DNA of 28,785 nt from a bacterium (GCA_019750655.1 JAIEOG010000319.1:1-28785), one strand, 5' to 3'; numbered from the stretch's first letter, positions 14,260-24,504 are shown. The notes: generated by a model not told the origin, from the letters alone. A program made the numbers and translations.

Positions 14260-16053
14260 TTACTGAGATTCTAATTCTGCCCAACGCGCGTAGAGTCTAT
14301 CGACTTCGGCTTGAGCTTGGGCGAGTTCCGAAAAAATTTCCGTGAGGCGGCCGGCGTTACTTTGGTTTTCGGGAGAAGAGCTTTGGGCTTCGAGAGTGGT
14401 GACGCGATCTTCGGCGGCGCGGATTTTGGATTCCATCTCCGCGAGTTCACGCGTTTCTTTGTAACTCAGTTTGCGCTTCTTCGATTCGCCAGGGGTTTTT
14501 GACGACGCCGCATCCGTGGTTTTGGCCTCGGCTTTATAGGCCTTCCAGCGTGCAGTGCGGGCATTTTCCCATTGGGCATAGCCCGCGTACGCAATCACTT
14601 CTCCGGGGGTTTGGATCGCATCAGGGAAAGCGAGGATCTCATCGGCCACTTGATCTAAGAAATAGCGGTCGTGGGTCACGAGCACTACGGCCCCATCGAA
14701 ACTCTCTAGGCAGTCCTGCAGTACGTTGAGCGTTTCCATATCGAGATCGTTAGTTGGCTCGTCGAGTACTAGTACATTGGCTTGTTCCAGCATGAGAAGC
14801 GCCAAGGTTACCCGACTCTGCTCTCCCCCAGAGAGCTTGCCGATTTTCATATCGATTTGCTCACGGCGGAACAGAAAGCGATCTAGGTAGCCATTGATGT
14901 GGACCAAAGTCCCTCGGTAATTCACCTGATCGCCCGTGGGGCAGATAGTTTTGCGCAGAGTGAGCTCAGGGTCGAGACGCTCTCGGTTTTGCTCAAAGTA
15001 CGCCACGCGCAAGTGTTCCGAACGGTAAACACGGCCCGAATCCGGTTCTTCACCGCCGAGCAAAACACGGATGAGCGTGGACTTCCCACTGCCATTCGTC
15101 CCTAACAGGCCAATCCGACTCCGCGGGCCAATAAAAACCTCTAGATTCTTAAACAGAAGGCGATCGCCATAGGCCTTCGTAATAGCCTGCGCCTCAAGCA
15201 ACCGCTTGGGCTTTTTGTCCAGGCTCTGAAACTCGAACTTCGCAGACCGCGTTTGATTGCGGGCGCTAATCTCTTCGACTTGATCTGAAAGCACTGCATG
15301 CGCCTGGATACGGGCCTGTTGCTTGGTCGTGCGCGCCTTCGCCCCTTGACGCAACCATTCCGTCTCTCGGCGCAAAGTGTTCTTAAGCTGCGCTTCTTGC
15401 TTCTGCTGAACATCCAGCAAGAGCTCTTTGCGCTCTAGGTATTTTGCGTAGTCCCCTGAGACCGACAAAATCCCGCCTGGGTTTCGGGGGTCGAGCTCCA
15501 AAATCCGATTCGTCACCCGCTGCAAAAACTGGCGATCGTGAGTCACGGTAAGTGTGGCGAATTCCGCCCGCGCTAAAAAAGCTTCGAGCCAGAGAATCGA
15601 TTCGATGTCGAGATGGTTGGTAGGTTCATCCAACAAAAGCAGCGAGGGGTCCTTAACGAGTTCTCGCGCAAGGGCGACGCGCTTGCGCCACCCACCTGAG
15701 AGCTCCCCAATGGGCCGATGGGCCATGCCGGAGAGCTCGAGTTTAGAAAGAATCTGGCCCGCAAGCGCACCCGTGACGGTTTCTCCAACCGTATCTTCCA
15801 AAGGCAACCGCGGCGTCTGCTCCAAATACCCAACTCGCAAACCCTTCTGCCGCGATATTTCCCCGCTATCGGGAGTATCCGCACCGGCAAGAAGCCTAAG
15901 CAGCGTAGATTTCCCCGCCCCGTTAGGCCCGATAAGCCCAATATGGTCCGCCGAATCGACAGCAAACGTCAGAGCCTCAAACAGCTCCCGAGATCCAAAA
16001 GCCTTCGAAATTTCTTTTGTTGCTAAGAGAATCGCCACAACGGCTTTTAACAC
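14260..16053 (-). CDS. uup: ABC-F family ATPase, Uup-like
   Basis: Two ABC cassettes (GPNGAGKS/LSGG/LLLDEPTNHLD; GTNGSGKS/LSGGE/LDEPTNDLD), linker KARTTKQQARI, and C-terminal coiled coil KRKLSYKE. Possible GTG start at 16038. Confidence 0.88.
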   Translation of the reverse strand: MLKAVVAILLATKEISKAFGSRELFEALTFAVDSADHIGLIGPNGAGKSTLLRLLAGADTPDSGEISRQKGLRVGYLEQTPRLPLEDTVGETVTGALAGQILSKLELSGMAHRPIGELSGGWRKRVALARELVKDPSLLLLDEPTNHLDIESILWLEAFLARAEFATLTVTHDRQFLQRVTNRILELDPRNPGGILSVSGDYAKYLERKELLLDVQQKQEAQLKNTLRRETEWLRQGAKARTTKQQARIQAHAVLSDQVEEISARNQTRSAKFEFQSLDKKPKRLLEAQAITKAYGDRLLFKNLEVFIGPRSRIGLLGTNGSGKSTLIRVLLGGEEPDSGRVYRSEHLRVAYFEQNRERLDPELTLRKTICPTGDQVNYRGTLVHINGYLDRFLFRREQIDMKIGKLSGGEQSRVTLALLMLEQANVLVLDEPTNDLDMETLNVLQDCLESFDGAVVLVTHDRYFLDQVADEILAFPDAIQTPGEVIAYAGYAQWENARTARWKAYKAEAKTTDAASSKTPGESKKRKLSYKETRELAEMESKIRAAEDRVTTLEAQSSSPENQSNAGRLTEIFSELAQAQAEVDRLYARWAELESQ

Positions 16054-16054
16054 A

Positions 16055-17113
16055 TCAGAGGTTTAATCGAAACCGGACTTCGCCTATGTTTTCGGGGCCG
16101 TTTCCTCGATCGAGGTAGCGGTAGAAGATATAGGCTGCAAGAGCGGGGTCTAGGTCGAGAATAGTCCCGGCCTGGGCGTGTTGGATATTTTGCGGGCCAT
16201 TGAGCGTCTCAAGACGGCCAAATAGCTTGGTGCCTGGGAAGAACGGTGTCTGGAGTGTGGCCGCCATTCCAAAGGGGCCTGTCGTCCGGATGCTGTCGGT
16301 CAGCATCCCTCCGAAGCATTCTGCACCGATGCGCCAGTCCGTACCTTCAAACCGCATTTCCGTGAAGACGTTTGCGACCCAATCCGAACGGTAGTTAACG
16401 CTCGCGGAGTCGGCTTGCTGGTGGTAGAAGCCCGCTGCGCCCCACATCCACTGCAGATTCCCGACGTGAAAGGTCGCTCGGAGTCCACCCGTAAGAGCCT
16501 TGGAGTTATTCGTATTGAGATTGAACAAGCCGCTGCCATTGAATGCACCGACATGAATCAAGACATCCTTCACGGGCTCGTAACGGATCTCGGCGCCGAT
16601 ATCACGGCCAATGAAAAGCGCACGGTGCGTTTCGTTGTAATCCGGGAGCGCCACACCTGAAAGATCCGGCGACCACCAGGGATTGAACGTTGGAGTGAAT
16701 AATCCAAACTTCAAGGACCACTCGGATCCCTGCCCCAGACGCTCAGGCGTATGGAGATCGATATACCCTTCCACGGGCAGAACGACCGGCAAGAGAACCG
16801 TCGAAAATTCCCGCGTCTGGCCCAGGGAAAATCGGTAGCTGATATGCTCGCCCGCCTCGCCCCAAGCCGTTAGGCGAACAGACGGAATGGAAAAACCTTG
16901 AACGACGACCCCGCCCGCTTGGTAGGACGCATCCAAGCGCAAACCCACGAGGAGAAGCTGGCGGCGGCTTAGACTCCCAAAAAGCGAAGGGCGCGCAGCG
17001 GGTTCGCCTTCCGCAGTGGCCGTGTCGGCCAACGGAGGTGCGTCGGTGAGGGTTTCATCGGCCCACGCCGCCGTCGATAAAAGGACTAACAGAATCCAAC
17101 GCATGTGCCTCAC
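16055..17113 (-). CDS. Outer-membrane beta-barrel/porin (OprO/OprP-like)
   Basis: Signal peptide (MRWILLVLLSTAAWA), alternating amphipathic strands, motifs GRDIGAEIRY and GAFNGSG, terminal strand EVRFRLNL. Start overlaps the pilS stop. Confidence 0.7.
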   Translation of the reverse strand: MRHMRWILLVLLSTAAWADETLTDAPPLADTATAEGEPAARPSLFGSLSRRQLLLVGLRLDASYQAGGVVVQGFSIPSVRLTAWGEAGEHISYRFSLGQTREFSTVLLPVVLPVEGYIDLHTPERLGQGSEWSLKFGLFTPTFNPWWSPDLSGVALPDYNETHRALFIGRDIGAEIRYEPVKDVLIHVGAFNGSGLFNLNTNNSKALTGGLRATFHVGNLQWMWGAAGFYHQQADSASVNYRSDWVANVFTEMRFEGTDWRIGAECFGGMLTDSIRTTGPFGMAATLQTPFFPGTKLFGRLETLNGPQNIQHAQAGTILDLDPALAAYIFYRYLDRGNGPENIGEVRFRLNL

Positions 17114-18780
17114 CCGACCGCCGGAAGGTGGATTTCAAACTCAGTCCCCTTCCCGACAGTTGATTGCACGCGGATTTCTCCACGCATCGCTTCGATAATC
17201 TTGTAAGCAGTCGCAAGCCCCAGGCCCGTGCCCTTTTCCTTGGTGGTAAAGAACGGCTCGTAAAGGTGCGAAAGCGTCTTTTCCGACATCCCCTGCCCCT
17301 GATCACGCACCCAAAACCGCACGCGTCCCGTGCCGGCTCTGGCGCACCCGACTTCAATCACGCCCGGTTTGTCCATCGACTGGATGGCATTGATGACGAG
17401 ATTCAAGAGGACCTGCCGAAGCTTTTCGGGCTGTGCATGCGCAAAGATGTCGGGCTCATAGGCCTCTCGCAGCTCGATATCCGTACGGACATTCACGCCA
17501 CCTTTGAGCGATTGAATTTTGCCTGGCTTATCCGGATGCCGGAGAGCAAAGAGCACGTCGGCAATGAGCTTGGGTAGGTCCACTGGCTCAAGCTTGAGAT
17601 TGGCGGGTTTCACAAAATCGAGAAACTCGGAGATGAGCCGATTCAGGCGATCGATCTCGCGCAACGCAATGTCCATGAGCTTTTGGTTTTCCCCGCCCAC
17701 TACTTCACGAGGTAAAGAAGAACGCAGCATTTCCACGCTGGCACTCATCCCCGCCAAGGGATTGCGGATCTCGTGTGCAATCCCGGCCGCCAGCTGCCCG
17801 ACGGCGGCGAGTTTTTCATTCTGCTTTACGCGTTGTTCGAGATTCAAAACCTTGGTGACATCCTGGAAAAGCAGAACAAACCCTTCAGTCGATTCTCCGT
17901 GAAGCAACCCCCCGGCTCCATTTCCTTCGAGGGCAGCCACGTCCCCACGCAAGAGGGCCGCATGCCCACTTTGCTGAAACTCGACGACTTGCTGCAGGCG
18001 CGTACGTGACTCACTCCGCTCGAAGAACGGCAGGAGCCCCGGCGCAGCCTCCTGCAGGGTCTTTCCTACCACCGTGGTTTCCAAACCCAGCAAGTGGCTG
18101 GCTGCGGGATTCAGAAAGCCAATCCGCCAGTGTGCATCCACTGTCAGAACGCCCGTGGGCATCTCGGAGAGAATGCGCTGTTGGAGCGCAATGAGTTCAT
18201 CCACGCGGCGGCTTTTATCGGCGAGACTTAGTGTCGTGCGTTGGAGCTCCTCGCTCAAATACCCGCCGACCATCCCAAGCGTGAAAAACAGAGCCGTATT
18301 CACGCCCCAGAGCATCCAGCTCCCCGGATCGCCCTGGACAAACAGAATAGCCGCGAGCCCTACACTGGCACCTAACGCCGCCCCCAAAGCTGCGCGTTGG
18401 TACAGAATGAGTGCTACGGAAAGGATCTGGATGAGGTAGAGAAGCGAATAGAGGCTTTCTTTACCGTCGGAAAGAAAAATCCAAACGGAGATAAGAAAGC
18501 AATCAAAAGCAACTTGCGTGAGAGCTACCCAACGACTCGGCGGCAGGCGTTCCACAATCAAAGAGGAAAGCGCATTGAATCCGAAAGCGACACACAAAAG
18601 CGCATAGCCCAAGACCAACGATGGTCCCACTCCCGTCGTCTGGAAGATTTGTTGGATAACCCCGACTAGCAATAGGCCATAGAGCACGGCCAGACGCGCG
18701 ATCATCAGCCATTGGCAGGCGCGGGAAAGATCGATTTGCGGCCCAGGCATCCAGGCCGCTTGGCGTGCACGGGCCAACAT
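17110..18780 (-). CDS. pilS: PilS-like sensor histidine kinase (multi-TM, PAS, HisKA, HATPase)
   Basis: Multi-TM N-terminus, PAS (ILSEMPTGVLTVD...LNPAA), H-box AAGIAHEIRNPL, NLVINA, FFTTKEKGTGLGL. Position directly after pilC. Confidence 0.82.
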   Translation of the reverse strand: MLARARQAAWMPGPQIDLSRACQWLMIARLAVLYGLLLVGVIQQIFQTTGVGPSLVLGYALLCVAFGFNALSSLIVERLPPSRWVALTQVAFDCFLISVWIFLSDGKESLYSLLYLIQILSVALILYQRAALGAALGASVGLAAILFVQGDPGSWMLWGVNTALFFTLGMVGGYLSEELQRTTLSLADKSRRVDELIALQQRILSEMPTGVLTVDAHWRIGFLNPAASHLLGLETTVVGKTLQEAAPGLLPFFERSESRTRLQQVVEFQQSGHAALLRGDVAALEGNGAGGLLHGESTEGFVLLFQDVTKVLNLEQRVKQNEKLAAVGQLAAGIAHEIRNPLAGMSASVEMLRSSLPREVVGGENQKLMDIALREIDRLNRLISEFLDFVKPANLKLEPVDLPKLIADVLFALRHPDKPGKIQSLKGGVNVRTDIELREAYEPDIFAHAQPEKLRQVLLNLVINAIQSMDKPGVIEVGCARAGTGRVRFWVRDQGQGMSEKTLSHLYEPFFTTKEKGTGLGLATAYKIIEAMRGEIRVQSTVGKGTEFEIHLPAVG

Positions 18781-20030
18781 CAGCCACCCCCCGCCACCTT
18801 GTCGGCAAGCTGGAAGACCGGCAAGTACATGGCCAGGAGCAAGAACGCGACGATCACACCGACGATTAGAATAATTGCCGGCTGCAACATGCTGGTAAGC
18901 GAGTTGATGGCGTCATCTACTTCGTCGTCATAGATATTTGCGACTTTGTTGAGCAGTTCGTCCAAGCGCCCGGTCATCTCTCCAATGTTCACCATGTGAA
19001 TAACCATGGGGGGATAGATGTTTCTGGCGGCCAATCCCGCGGCGATGGTCTTACCCTCTTGGATGAAGGCAATCGTAACGCGCACACTGTCGCGCACCGC
19101 CAGATTGGTCATGAGCTTTTGGCAGATCTCTAAGGCCGCGATAAGCGGCACGCCGCTCGCTACCAGCGTTCCCAACGTGCGCGTAAATTGCGCCACCGCA
19201 GAACGCATCACCAAAGATCCAAAAAGAGGTACTTTCAGGACAAAAGGGTCCCATTTCTGTCGGAAAGACGGCATCCGATAAAGTGCCACCGCGGAGAACG
19301 CAAACCCGATGAGCCCCGCTACAACGAAGAGGAAGTTCGCCTGAAACCATTTCGACATGGCTAAAACGAACTGCGTCAACTCAGGAAGTTCAGCCTTCCC
19401 TTCCGCATAGAGCTTGGAAATCTCTGGCACGACTTTGACGAGCAAAAAGATCAAAACGCCGATGGCGATGACCAGAGTAAAGAGAGGGTAAGACAAGGCC
19501 TTGATGACCTTTGCTTTCAAGCGATCGAGTTTTTCCAACTGCACACCGACCTGCTTGATCGCGCGATCCAAAGTACCGCTCAACTCACCGGCTTCGACGA
19601 TACGGACGAAGAACTCAGAAAACACGCCTGGGTAGCCCGCGAGGGCATTGGCGAGTGAGTTCCCGCCTTCAATATCGGCCTTCATCCCTTCCAGGATGGA
19701 TTTTAGACGGCCTTTTTTTTCCTGTAGCGCCAAGATCTCAAGGCCCTGCACAACGGGTACGCCGGAATCAATGAGGGAGGAAAACTGCTTCGTGAAGAGA
19801 ATGAGCTGCTTGAGTTTTACTTTGCCTTCAAACAGAGAGGAAAGCCCGCGGAGCGTGCCCTCTAAGCCGCCACCACTCCCTGGCGCCCCTCTATCCGGCG
19901 CGGGAGCAAGCGACTCCGGGCGAATCTGCATGGAGCGTAGGCGCAGACGGGCCTCGGCCTCGTCCAACCCTTCAATTACGCCTTGCACCCGCTCGCGTTG
20001 GCGGGTGACGCCGGTATAGCGGTATCGCAT
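18780..20030 (-). CDS. pilC: Type IV pilus platform protein PilC (T2SS F family)
   Basis: LILFTKQFSSLIDSGVP, IEGGNSLA, GELSGTLD, MVNIGEMTGRLDELL, AMYLPVF. Confidence 0.96.
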   Translation of the reverse strand: MRYRYTGVTRQRERVQGVIEGLDEAEARLRLRSMQIRPESLAPAPDRGAPGSGGGLEGTLRGLSSLFEGKVKLKQLILFTKQFSSLIDSGVPVVQGLEILALQEKKGRLKSILEGMKADIEGGNSLANALAGYPGVFSEFFVRIVEAGELSGTLDRAIKQVGVQLEKLDRLKAKVIKALSYPLFTLVIAIGVLIFLLVKVVPEISKLYAEGKAELPELTQFVLAMSKWFQANFLFVVAGLIGFAFSAVALYRMPSFRQKWDPFVLKVPLFGSLVMRSAVAQFTRTLGTLVASGVPLIAALEICQKLMTNLAVRDSVRVTIAFIQEGKTIAAGLAARNIYPPMVIHMVNIGEMTGRLDELLNKVANIYDDEVDDAINSLTSMLQPAIILIVGVIVAFLLLAMYLPVFQLADKVAGGG

Positions 20031-20039
20031 CGCTTACCC

Positions 20040-21119
20040 TCACCCCGCCAAACGGCGGATCTCCCTAAGGCCTTTGATCAGTTCATCTGGATCATGAGTG
20101 GTCGCGAGAGCTTCTTCAGGAGCGACAATTCCTTGCCGCACCAGCTGGATAAGCGATTGATTGAAGGTCATCATCCCGCTCACGTCTTGTCCGACAACCA
20201 TCGCTGACGGGATTTGAAAGAGTTTGTTCTCGCGGATTAGGTTTCGAATGGACGCATTCGGAAGCATGAGCTCATACGCGAGAGCGCGCCCCTTCTTGTC
20301 CACTCGCTCGATTAAGCTTTGTGTGATGATCCCCTCGAGGCACATCGAAAGCTGCATGCGGATCTGATCTTGCGCTTCGGGTGGAAACACCTGCACCATA
20401 CGCGTAATGCTTTGGTAAGCGCTGTTCGTATGCAAGGTACTAAACACCAAGTGGCCCGTCTCGGCGAGGGCGAGCGCAGTTTCGATCGTTTCACGATCGC
20501 GCATCTCCCCTACCATCACAACATCGGGATCTTCGCGCAAAGCGCCCTTAAGGGCGGGACCAAACGCCGGCGCATCTTGGCCGATCTCACGTTGGTTCAC
20601 CAGGCTGTTGCGGTGGGAGTGAATGTACTCAATCGGATCTTCAATGGTGATGATGTGCAGATTGGACGTTTCGTTCAAGGCATCGACCATCGCTGCCAGA
20701 GTCGTGGTTTTGCCACTGCCCGTAGCACCCGTGATCAAGATCAAACCGCGTGGCTTACGAATGAGCGAATCCACCGCCGGAGGCAAGCCGAGTGTGTTTA
20801 GACGCGGCACTTCGAAAGGAATATGGCGAAAGGCGCCAGCCACCGCTCCACGCTGAAAGTAAACGTTAGCGCGAAATCGCGCGACGTCACGGACGCCGAA
20901 TGAAAAATCGATTTGGCGCTCTTCTTCAAAGCGCGCACGCTGCGTGTCTGTCAGAACCGAGTAGCAAAGCTCTTTCGTATCTGCGGGCATCAGCGAAGTG
21001 GTTTTCGCTTTTAAGATGCGGCCGTTCACACGGAAGCTCGGCGGGCTCCCCGACGTGATGTGCATATCGCTTGCTTTGTGCTCCAGCATGGCGCGGAGCA
21101 GAGTGGATAAAGTCACCAT
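20040..21119 (-). CDS. pilT: Type IV pilus retraction ATPase PilT
   Basis: GATGSGKTTTLA, ITIEDPIE, REDPDVVMVGEMRD, TGHLVFSTLHTN, and the SIRNLIRE (AIRNLIRE-type) motif. Confidence 0.97.
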   Translation of the reverse strand: MVTLSTLLRAMLEHKASDMHITSGSPPSFRVNGRILKAKTTSLMPADTKELCYSVLTDTQRARFEEERQIDFSFGVRDVARFRANVYFQRGAVAGAFRHIPFEVPRLNTLGLPPAVDSLIRKPRGLILITGATGSGKTTTLAAMVDALNETSNLHIITIEDPIEYIHSHRNSLVNQREIGQDAPAFGPALKGALREDPDVVMVGEMRDRETIETALALAETGHLVFSTLHTNSAYQSITRMVQVFPPEAQDQIRMQLSMCLEGIITQSLIERVDKKGRALAYELMLPNASIRNLIRENKLFQIPSAMVVGQDVSGMMTFNQSLIQLVRQGIVAPEEALATTHDPDELIKGLREIRRLAG

Positions 21120-22852
21120 TACAAGTCTCCGTCCGGACGGGAATTATTGAGGACTTCTTCCAAAGTCGTTTCGCCGCGGTAGAACTTAATCAGTGCGTGT
21201 TGTCGCAGCGTTAGCATCCCGTCTTCGATGGCCGCCTTCTTAAGATCATCGGCATTTGCGCCTTTAATGATGAGCGTGCGGAGCCTCTCGGACATGGGCA
21301 TTACTTCGAAAATGCCGCGTCGCCCCGTAAAGCCCGTACCGCCGCATTTCTCACAACCCTTCCCGCGCATGGGCTGCAATGTTTCCAGCCAATGCTCCGG
21401 TACTTCGGCCTCGATGAGGTTTTCGCGAGTCGGCCGCGGATCTGGCTCTTTACACTTTTCGCAATTCACGCGGATCAGACGCTGCGCCTGGACAAGAATC
21501 ACGGAAGCCGTAATGAGGAAAGGCTCGATGCCCATATGGACCAAACGAGAAATCGTGCTCGGTGCGTCGTTGGTGTGGAGGGTGGAGAAAACCATGTGGC
21601 CCGTGAGCGAGGCTTTGATCGCAATCTCCGCCGTCTCGGTGTCGCGAATCTCCCCAACCATTACGATGTCGGGATCCTGCCGTAGTAAAGAGCGCAGAGC
21701 TGTCGCAAATGTGAGCCCAATATTTTCTCGGGCCTGCGTTTGGTTAACGCCGCCCATGTTGTACTCCACCGGATCTTCTACCGTGGAGATGTTTACATCT
21801 TGGCCGTTCACGGCCGAAAGAGCTGCGTAAAGTGTGGTCGATTTCCCGCTACCCGTGGGACCCGTTACAAGCAACATACCGTAAGGCTGTTGGCAGGCCT
21901 TGATGAATGCCCTCGCCTGCTCTTCCTCGAAACCAATGCCTTTGATATCGGGCGCTACGTTCCCTTGGTCGAGAATACGCATAACGACCTTCTCGCCGAA
22001 AATCGTCGGCAAGACGGAAACGCGGATGTCGATTTTCTTGTCCTTCGTCTTCACCTGCAAGCGGCCGTCTTGCGGTAAGCGCTTTTCAGAAATATCGAGC
22101 TGCGCCATCACTTTGATACGGGCGGGCGTGGCGGCTTTCATTTGCGCCGGCAAGCGCATGACTTCGAGCAAGCTTCCGTTCACGCGGAAGCGAACGCGTA
22201 AGTAGTTTTCATAGGGCTCAACGTGGATATCGCTCGCTTTGCGGCGGATCGCTTCGACGAAGAGCTTGTTGATCAACCGAATGACTGGCTTATCGGAAAG
22301 CGTTTGATCGACTTCGTGGGCGTCTTTTTTATCGCCCGAATTTACTTCGATGAGGCCTGTTTTCTCATCTTCATCATTGTTAAAATCGTCGATAGAAATG
22401 GGCGCATCGCTAGGCCCTTCCGCCGCGCTCTGGTACATGCGCTGGGTGAGGCCTTTGATGGCGCTCTCGGTGGCGAGAAAGACATTCACTTCCATGTTGC
22501 ACAAGAAACGTAGATCATCGACAGCCGCGACGTTCGTCGGGTCGGAGATGGCAATGTTCAAGTGGTTGCCTTCGACCTCAATCGGCACCAAGCAGTGCTT
22601 CTCGCAAAGATTCACGGGTACTAGCTTTGTCACTTCCTCGTCGACTTCCATTTCGTCGAGTGAAACGGCGGGGATTCCGTACTGCTGGCTCAGGAACGTG
22701 ACGAGGACGTTTTCATTCACATGCCCCAGCTGAATGAGCGCGGCAGACAGACGCGTCTGGTTTTGCTTGCGCAATTCCACTGCATCTTTGAGCTGGTTCG
22801 CGGTGATTAAACCACGCGCAACAAGCAAATCTCCAAGACGTCCCGCAGACAT
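21119..22852 (-). CDS. pilB: Type IV-A pilus assembly ATPase PilB
   Basis: N-terminal RLGDLLV, ASDIHVEP, GPTGSGKSTTLY, EDPVEY, RQDPDIVMVGEIRD, and two CxxC zinc pairs (CEKC/CEKC). Confidence 0.97.
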   Translation of the reverse strand: MSAGRLGDLLVARGLITANQLKDAVELRKQNQTRLSAALIQLGHVNENVLVTFLSQQYGIPAVSLDEMEVDEEVTKLVPVNLCEKHCLVPIEVEGNHLNIAISDPTNVAAVDDLRFLCNMEVNVFLATESAIKGLTQRMYQSAAEGPSDAPISIDDFNNDEDEKTGLIEVNSGDKKDAHEVDQTLSDKPVIRLINKLFVEAIRRKASDIHVEPYENYLRVRFRVNGSLLEVMRLPAQMKAATPARIKVMAQLDISEKRLPQDGRLQVKTKDKKIDIRVSVLPTIFGEKVVMRILDQGNVAPDIKGIGFEEEQARAFIKACQQPYGMLLVTGPTGSGKSTTLYAALSAVNGQDVNISTVEDPVEYNMGGVNQTQARENIGLTFATALRSLLRQDPDIVMVGEIRDTETAEIAIKASLTGHMVFSTLHTNDAPSTISRLVHMGIEPFLITASVILVQAQRLIRVNCEKCKEPDPRPTRENLIEAEVPEHWLETLQPMRGKGCEKCGGTGFTGRRGIFEVMPMSERLRTLIIKGANADDLKKAAIEDGMLTLRQHALIKFYRGETTLEEVLNNSRPDGDL

Positions 22853-22959
22853 GGAGTCCCTTTATGGTTTGGTGGAAATTAGAGGTTGGAACTAAGGATC
22901 GAGTGCTCTCTACATTATAGACGAAGCTTTTCCGAAACGCTGGACGCAGCGGGTTACTT

Positions 22960-24504
22960 TCAGGCTTCGATGAGGCTCTGGCCCGTCATCTCTTTGGGCT
23001 TCTGCAGGCCCCACAGTTCGATGATGGTAGGCGCGATGTCGCAGAGCTTCCCGCCGCCTTTGAGGTTCATGCCTTGGCGCTTTGCGCCATGGACTACAAA
23101 CGGTACCGGCAAGAGCGTGTGGGAGGTTAGCGGTACGCCATTGGCGTCTTGCATCAATTCACAGTTGCCATGATCGGCCGTGAGGACGGCGAAGCCCCCA
23201 ACGGAATCCACCCACTTCAAAACGCGCCCGACGCAGGCGTCGACGGTTTCTACAGCGCGGATGGCAGCGGGTAAATTACCCGTGTGCCCCACCATGTCGC
23301 AGTTCGCAAAGTTCACGACGATCAATTGGAAATTCTCGGCTTCGGCAGCAGCCAGCAACTGATCCGTCACAGCCAGGGCGCTCATTTCCGGCTTGAGATC
23401 GTATGTGCGCACATCGCGAGGCGAAGGCACGAGGATGCGCTTTTCTCCGTCGATAGCCTTCTCGTCGCCACCGTTGAAGAAATAGGTCACGTGCGCGTAC
23501 TTCTCCGTCTCCGCAATGCGGAGCTGCTTCCAGCCCTGTTTCGAAACGAAATCTCCCAAAGTGTTTTCCACGGGAGGCTTGCCGTAAGCAAAAGGCAGCG
23601 GAAAGGACGCATCGTATGGCGACATCATCACGAACCCGCTCAACGTCGGAAGATTCGGCCGCACGAAGGGTTCGAAATCTGTTTGCGTCAACGCACGAGT
23701 GATCTGGCGCGCGCGATCCGCGCGGAAGTTGATAAAGATAATGCCATCGCCGTCGCGGATGCCTTTGTAACCTTGGCGAACCGCCGGAGGTAGAAATTCA
23801 TCCGTCAGGCGCTCGTCGTAGAAGCCACGAACAGCGTCCGACGCTTGAGTGAAGGTGTGCGCGGCTTTGCCGTCGACCAATGCTTCGTAAGCCGCTTGCG
23901 TGCGTTCCCAACGGTTATCGCGATCCATCGCGTAGAAACGCCCTTGGACCGTTGCGATTTCACCCAAGCCCGCGTCTTTCAAAAACGCTTCGAGCGCGGT
24001 GACAAAACCGAGAGCGGAAGTCGGCGAGGTATCCCGGCCATCGGTAAAAACATGCACCGCAACCTTCGAAATGCCCTGCTGGGCTGCAAGGCGCACCAAA
24101 GCATAAAGATGGCTGATATGGCTATGCACGCCCCCATCGGAAACGAGCCCCATGAGGTGCAGTGTCGCGCCCTTGCGCGCGGCGATTTTCTGGCAAAGGT
24201 CTACGAAAGCGGGATTGCGGTAAAAAGTGCCGTCATCGATCGCTTTGCTGATGAGCGAGAAATCTTGGTAAACGATCCGGCCCGCACCGATGTTTAAATG
24301 GCCGACTTCGGAATTGCCCATGAACCCTTGAGGCAAGCCCACCTGGCTTTCGGAAGCATCGAGCTGCGTGAAGGGGTTGTTCGCGAAGAGGTTGTCCAAA
24401 ACAGGCGTCTGCGCCTGCGCAACCGCATTGTGCTCGGGACTCGGGTTGATCCCAAACCCATCCAAAATAATCAGAACGGCCCGTTGGGCTTTTGCATCCG
24501 GCAT
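22960..24504 (-). CDS. gpmI: 2,3-bisphosphoglycerate-independent phosphoglycerate mutase
   Basis: LIILDGFG, GFMGNSEVGH, DGGVHSH, GRFYAMDRD, AETEKYAHVTYFFNGG, TADHGN. ATG 24504 is preceded by GAGGG (ORF track 24570). Confidence 0.97.
   Translation of the reverse strand: MPDAKAQRAVLIILDGFGINPSPEHNAVAQAQTPVLDNLFANNPFTQLDASESQVGLPQGFMGNSEVGHLNIGAGRIVYQDFSLISKAIDDGTFYRNPAFVDLCQKIAARKGATLHLMGLVSDGGVHSHISHLYALVRLAAQQGISKVAVHVFTDGRDTSPTSALGFVTALEAFLKDAGLGEIATVQGRFYAMDRDNRWERTQAAYEALVDGKAAHTFTQASDAVRGFYDERLTDEFLPPAVRQGYKGIRDGDGIIFINFRADRARQITRALTQTDFEPFVRPNLPTLSGFVMMSPYDASFPLPFAYGKPPVENTLGDFVSKQGWKQLRIAETEKYAHVTYFFNGGDEKAIDGEKRILVPSPRDVRTYDLKPEMSALAVTDQLLAAAEAENFQLIVVNFANCDMVGHTGNLPAAIRAVETVDACVGRVLKWVDSVGGFAVLTADHGNCELMQDANGVPLTSHTLLPVPFVVHGAKRQGMNLKGGGKLCDIAPTIIELWGLQKPKEMTGQSLIEA

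Noticed and set aside
13592-14260. Integrative element or prophage at tRNA-Leu
   Set aside because: No integrase, transposase or duplicated tRNA 3' end (att) was seen in the window.
22914-22919. TATAAT (-10) upstream of pilB on the minus strand
   Set aside because: No recognisable -35 or extended -10 at the right spacing, so it is insufficient to call a promoter.
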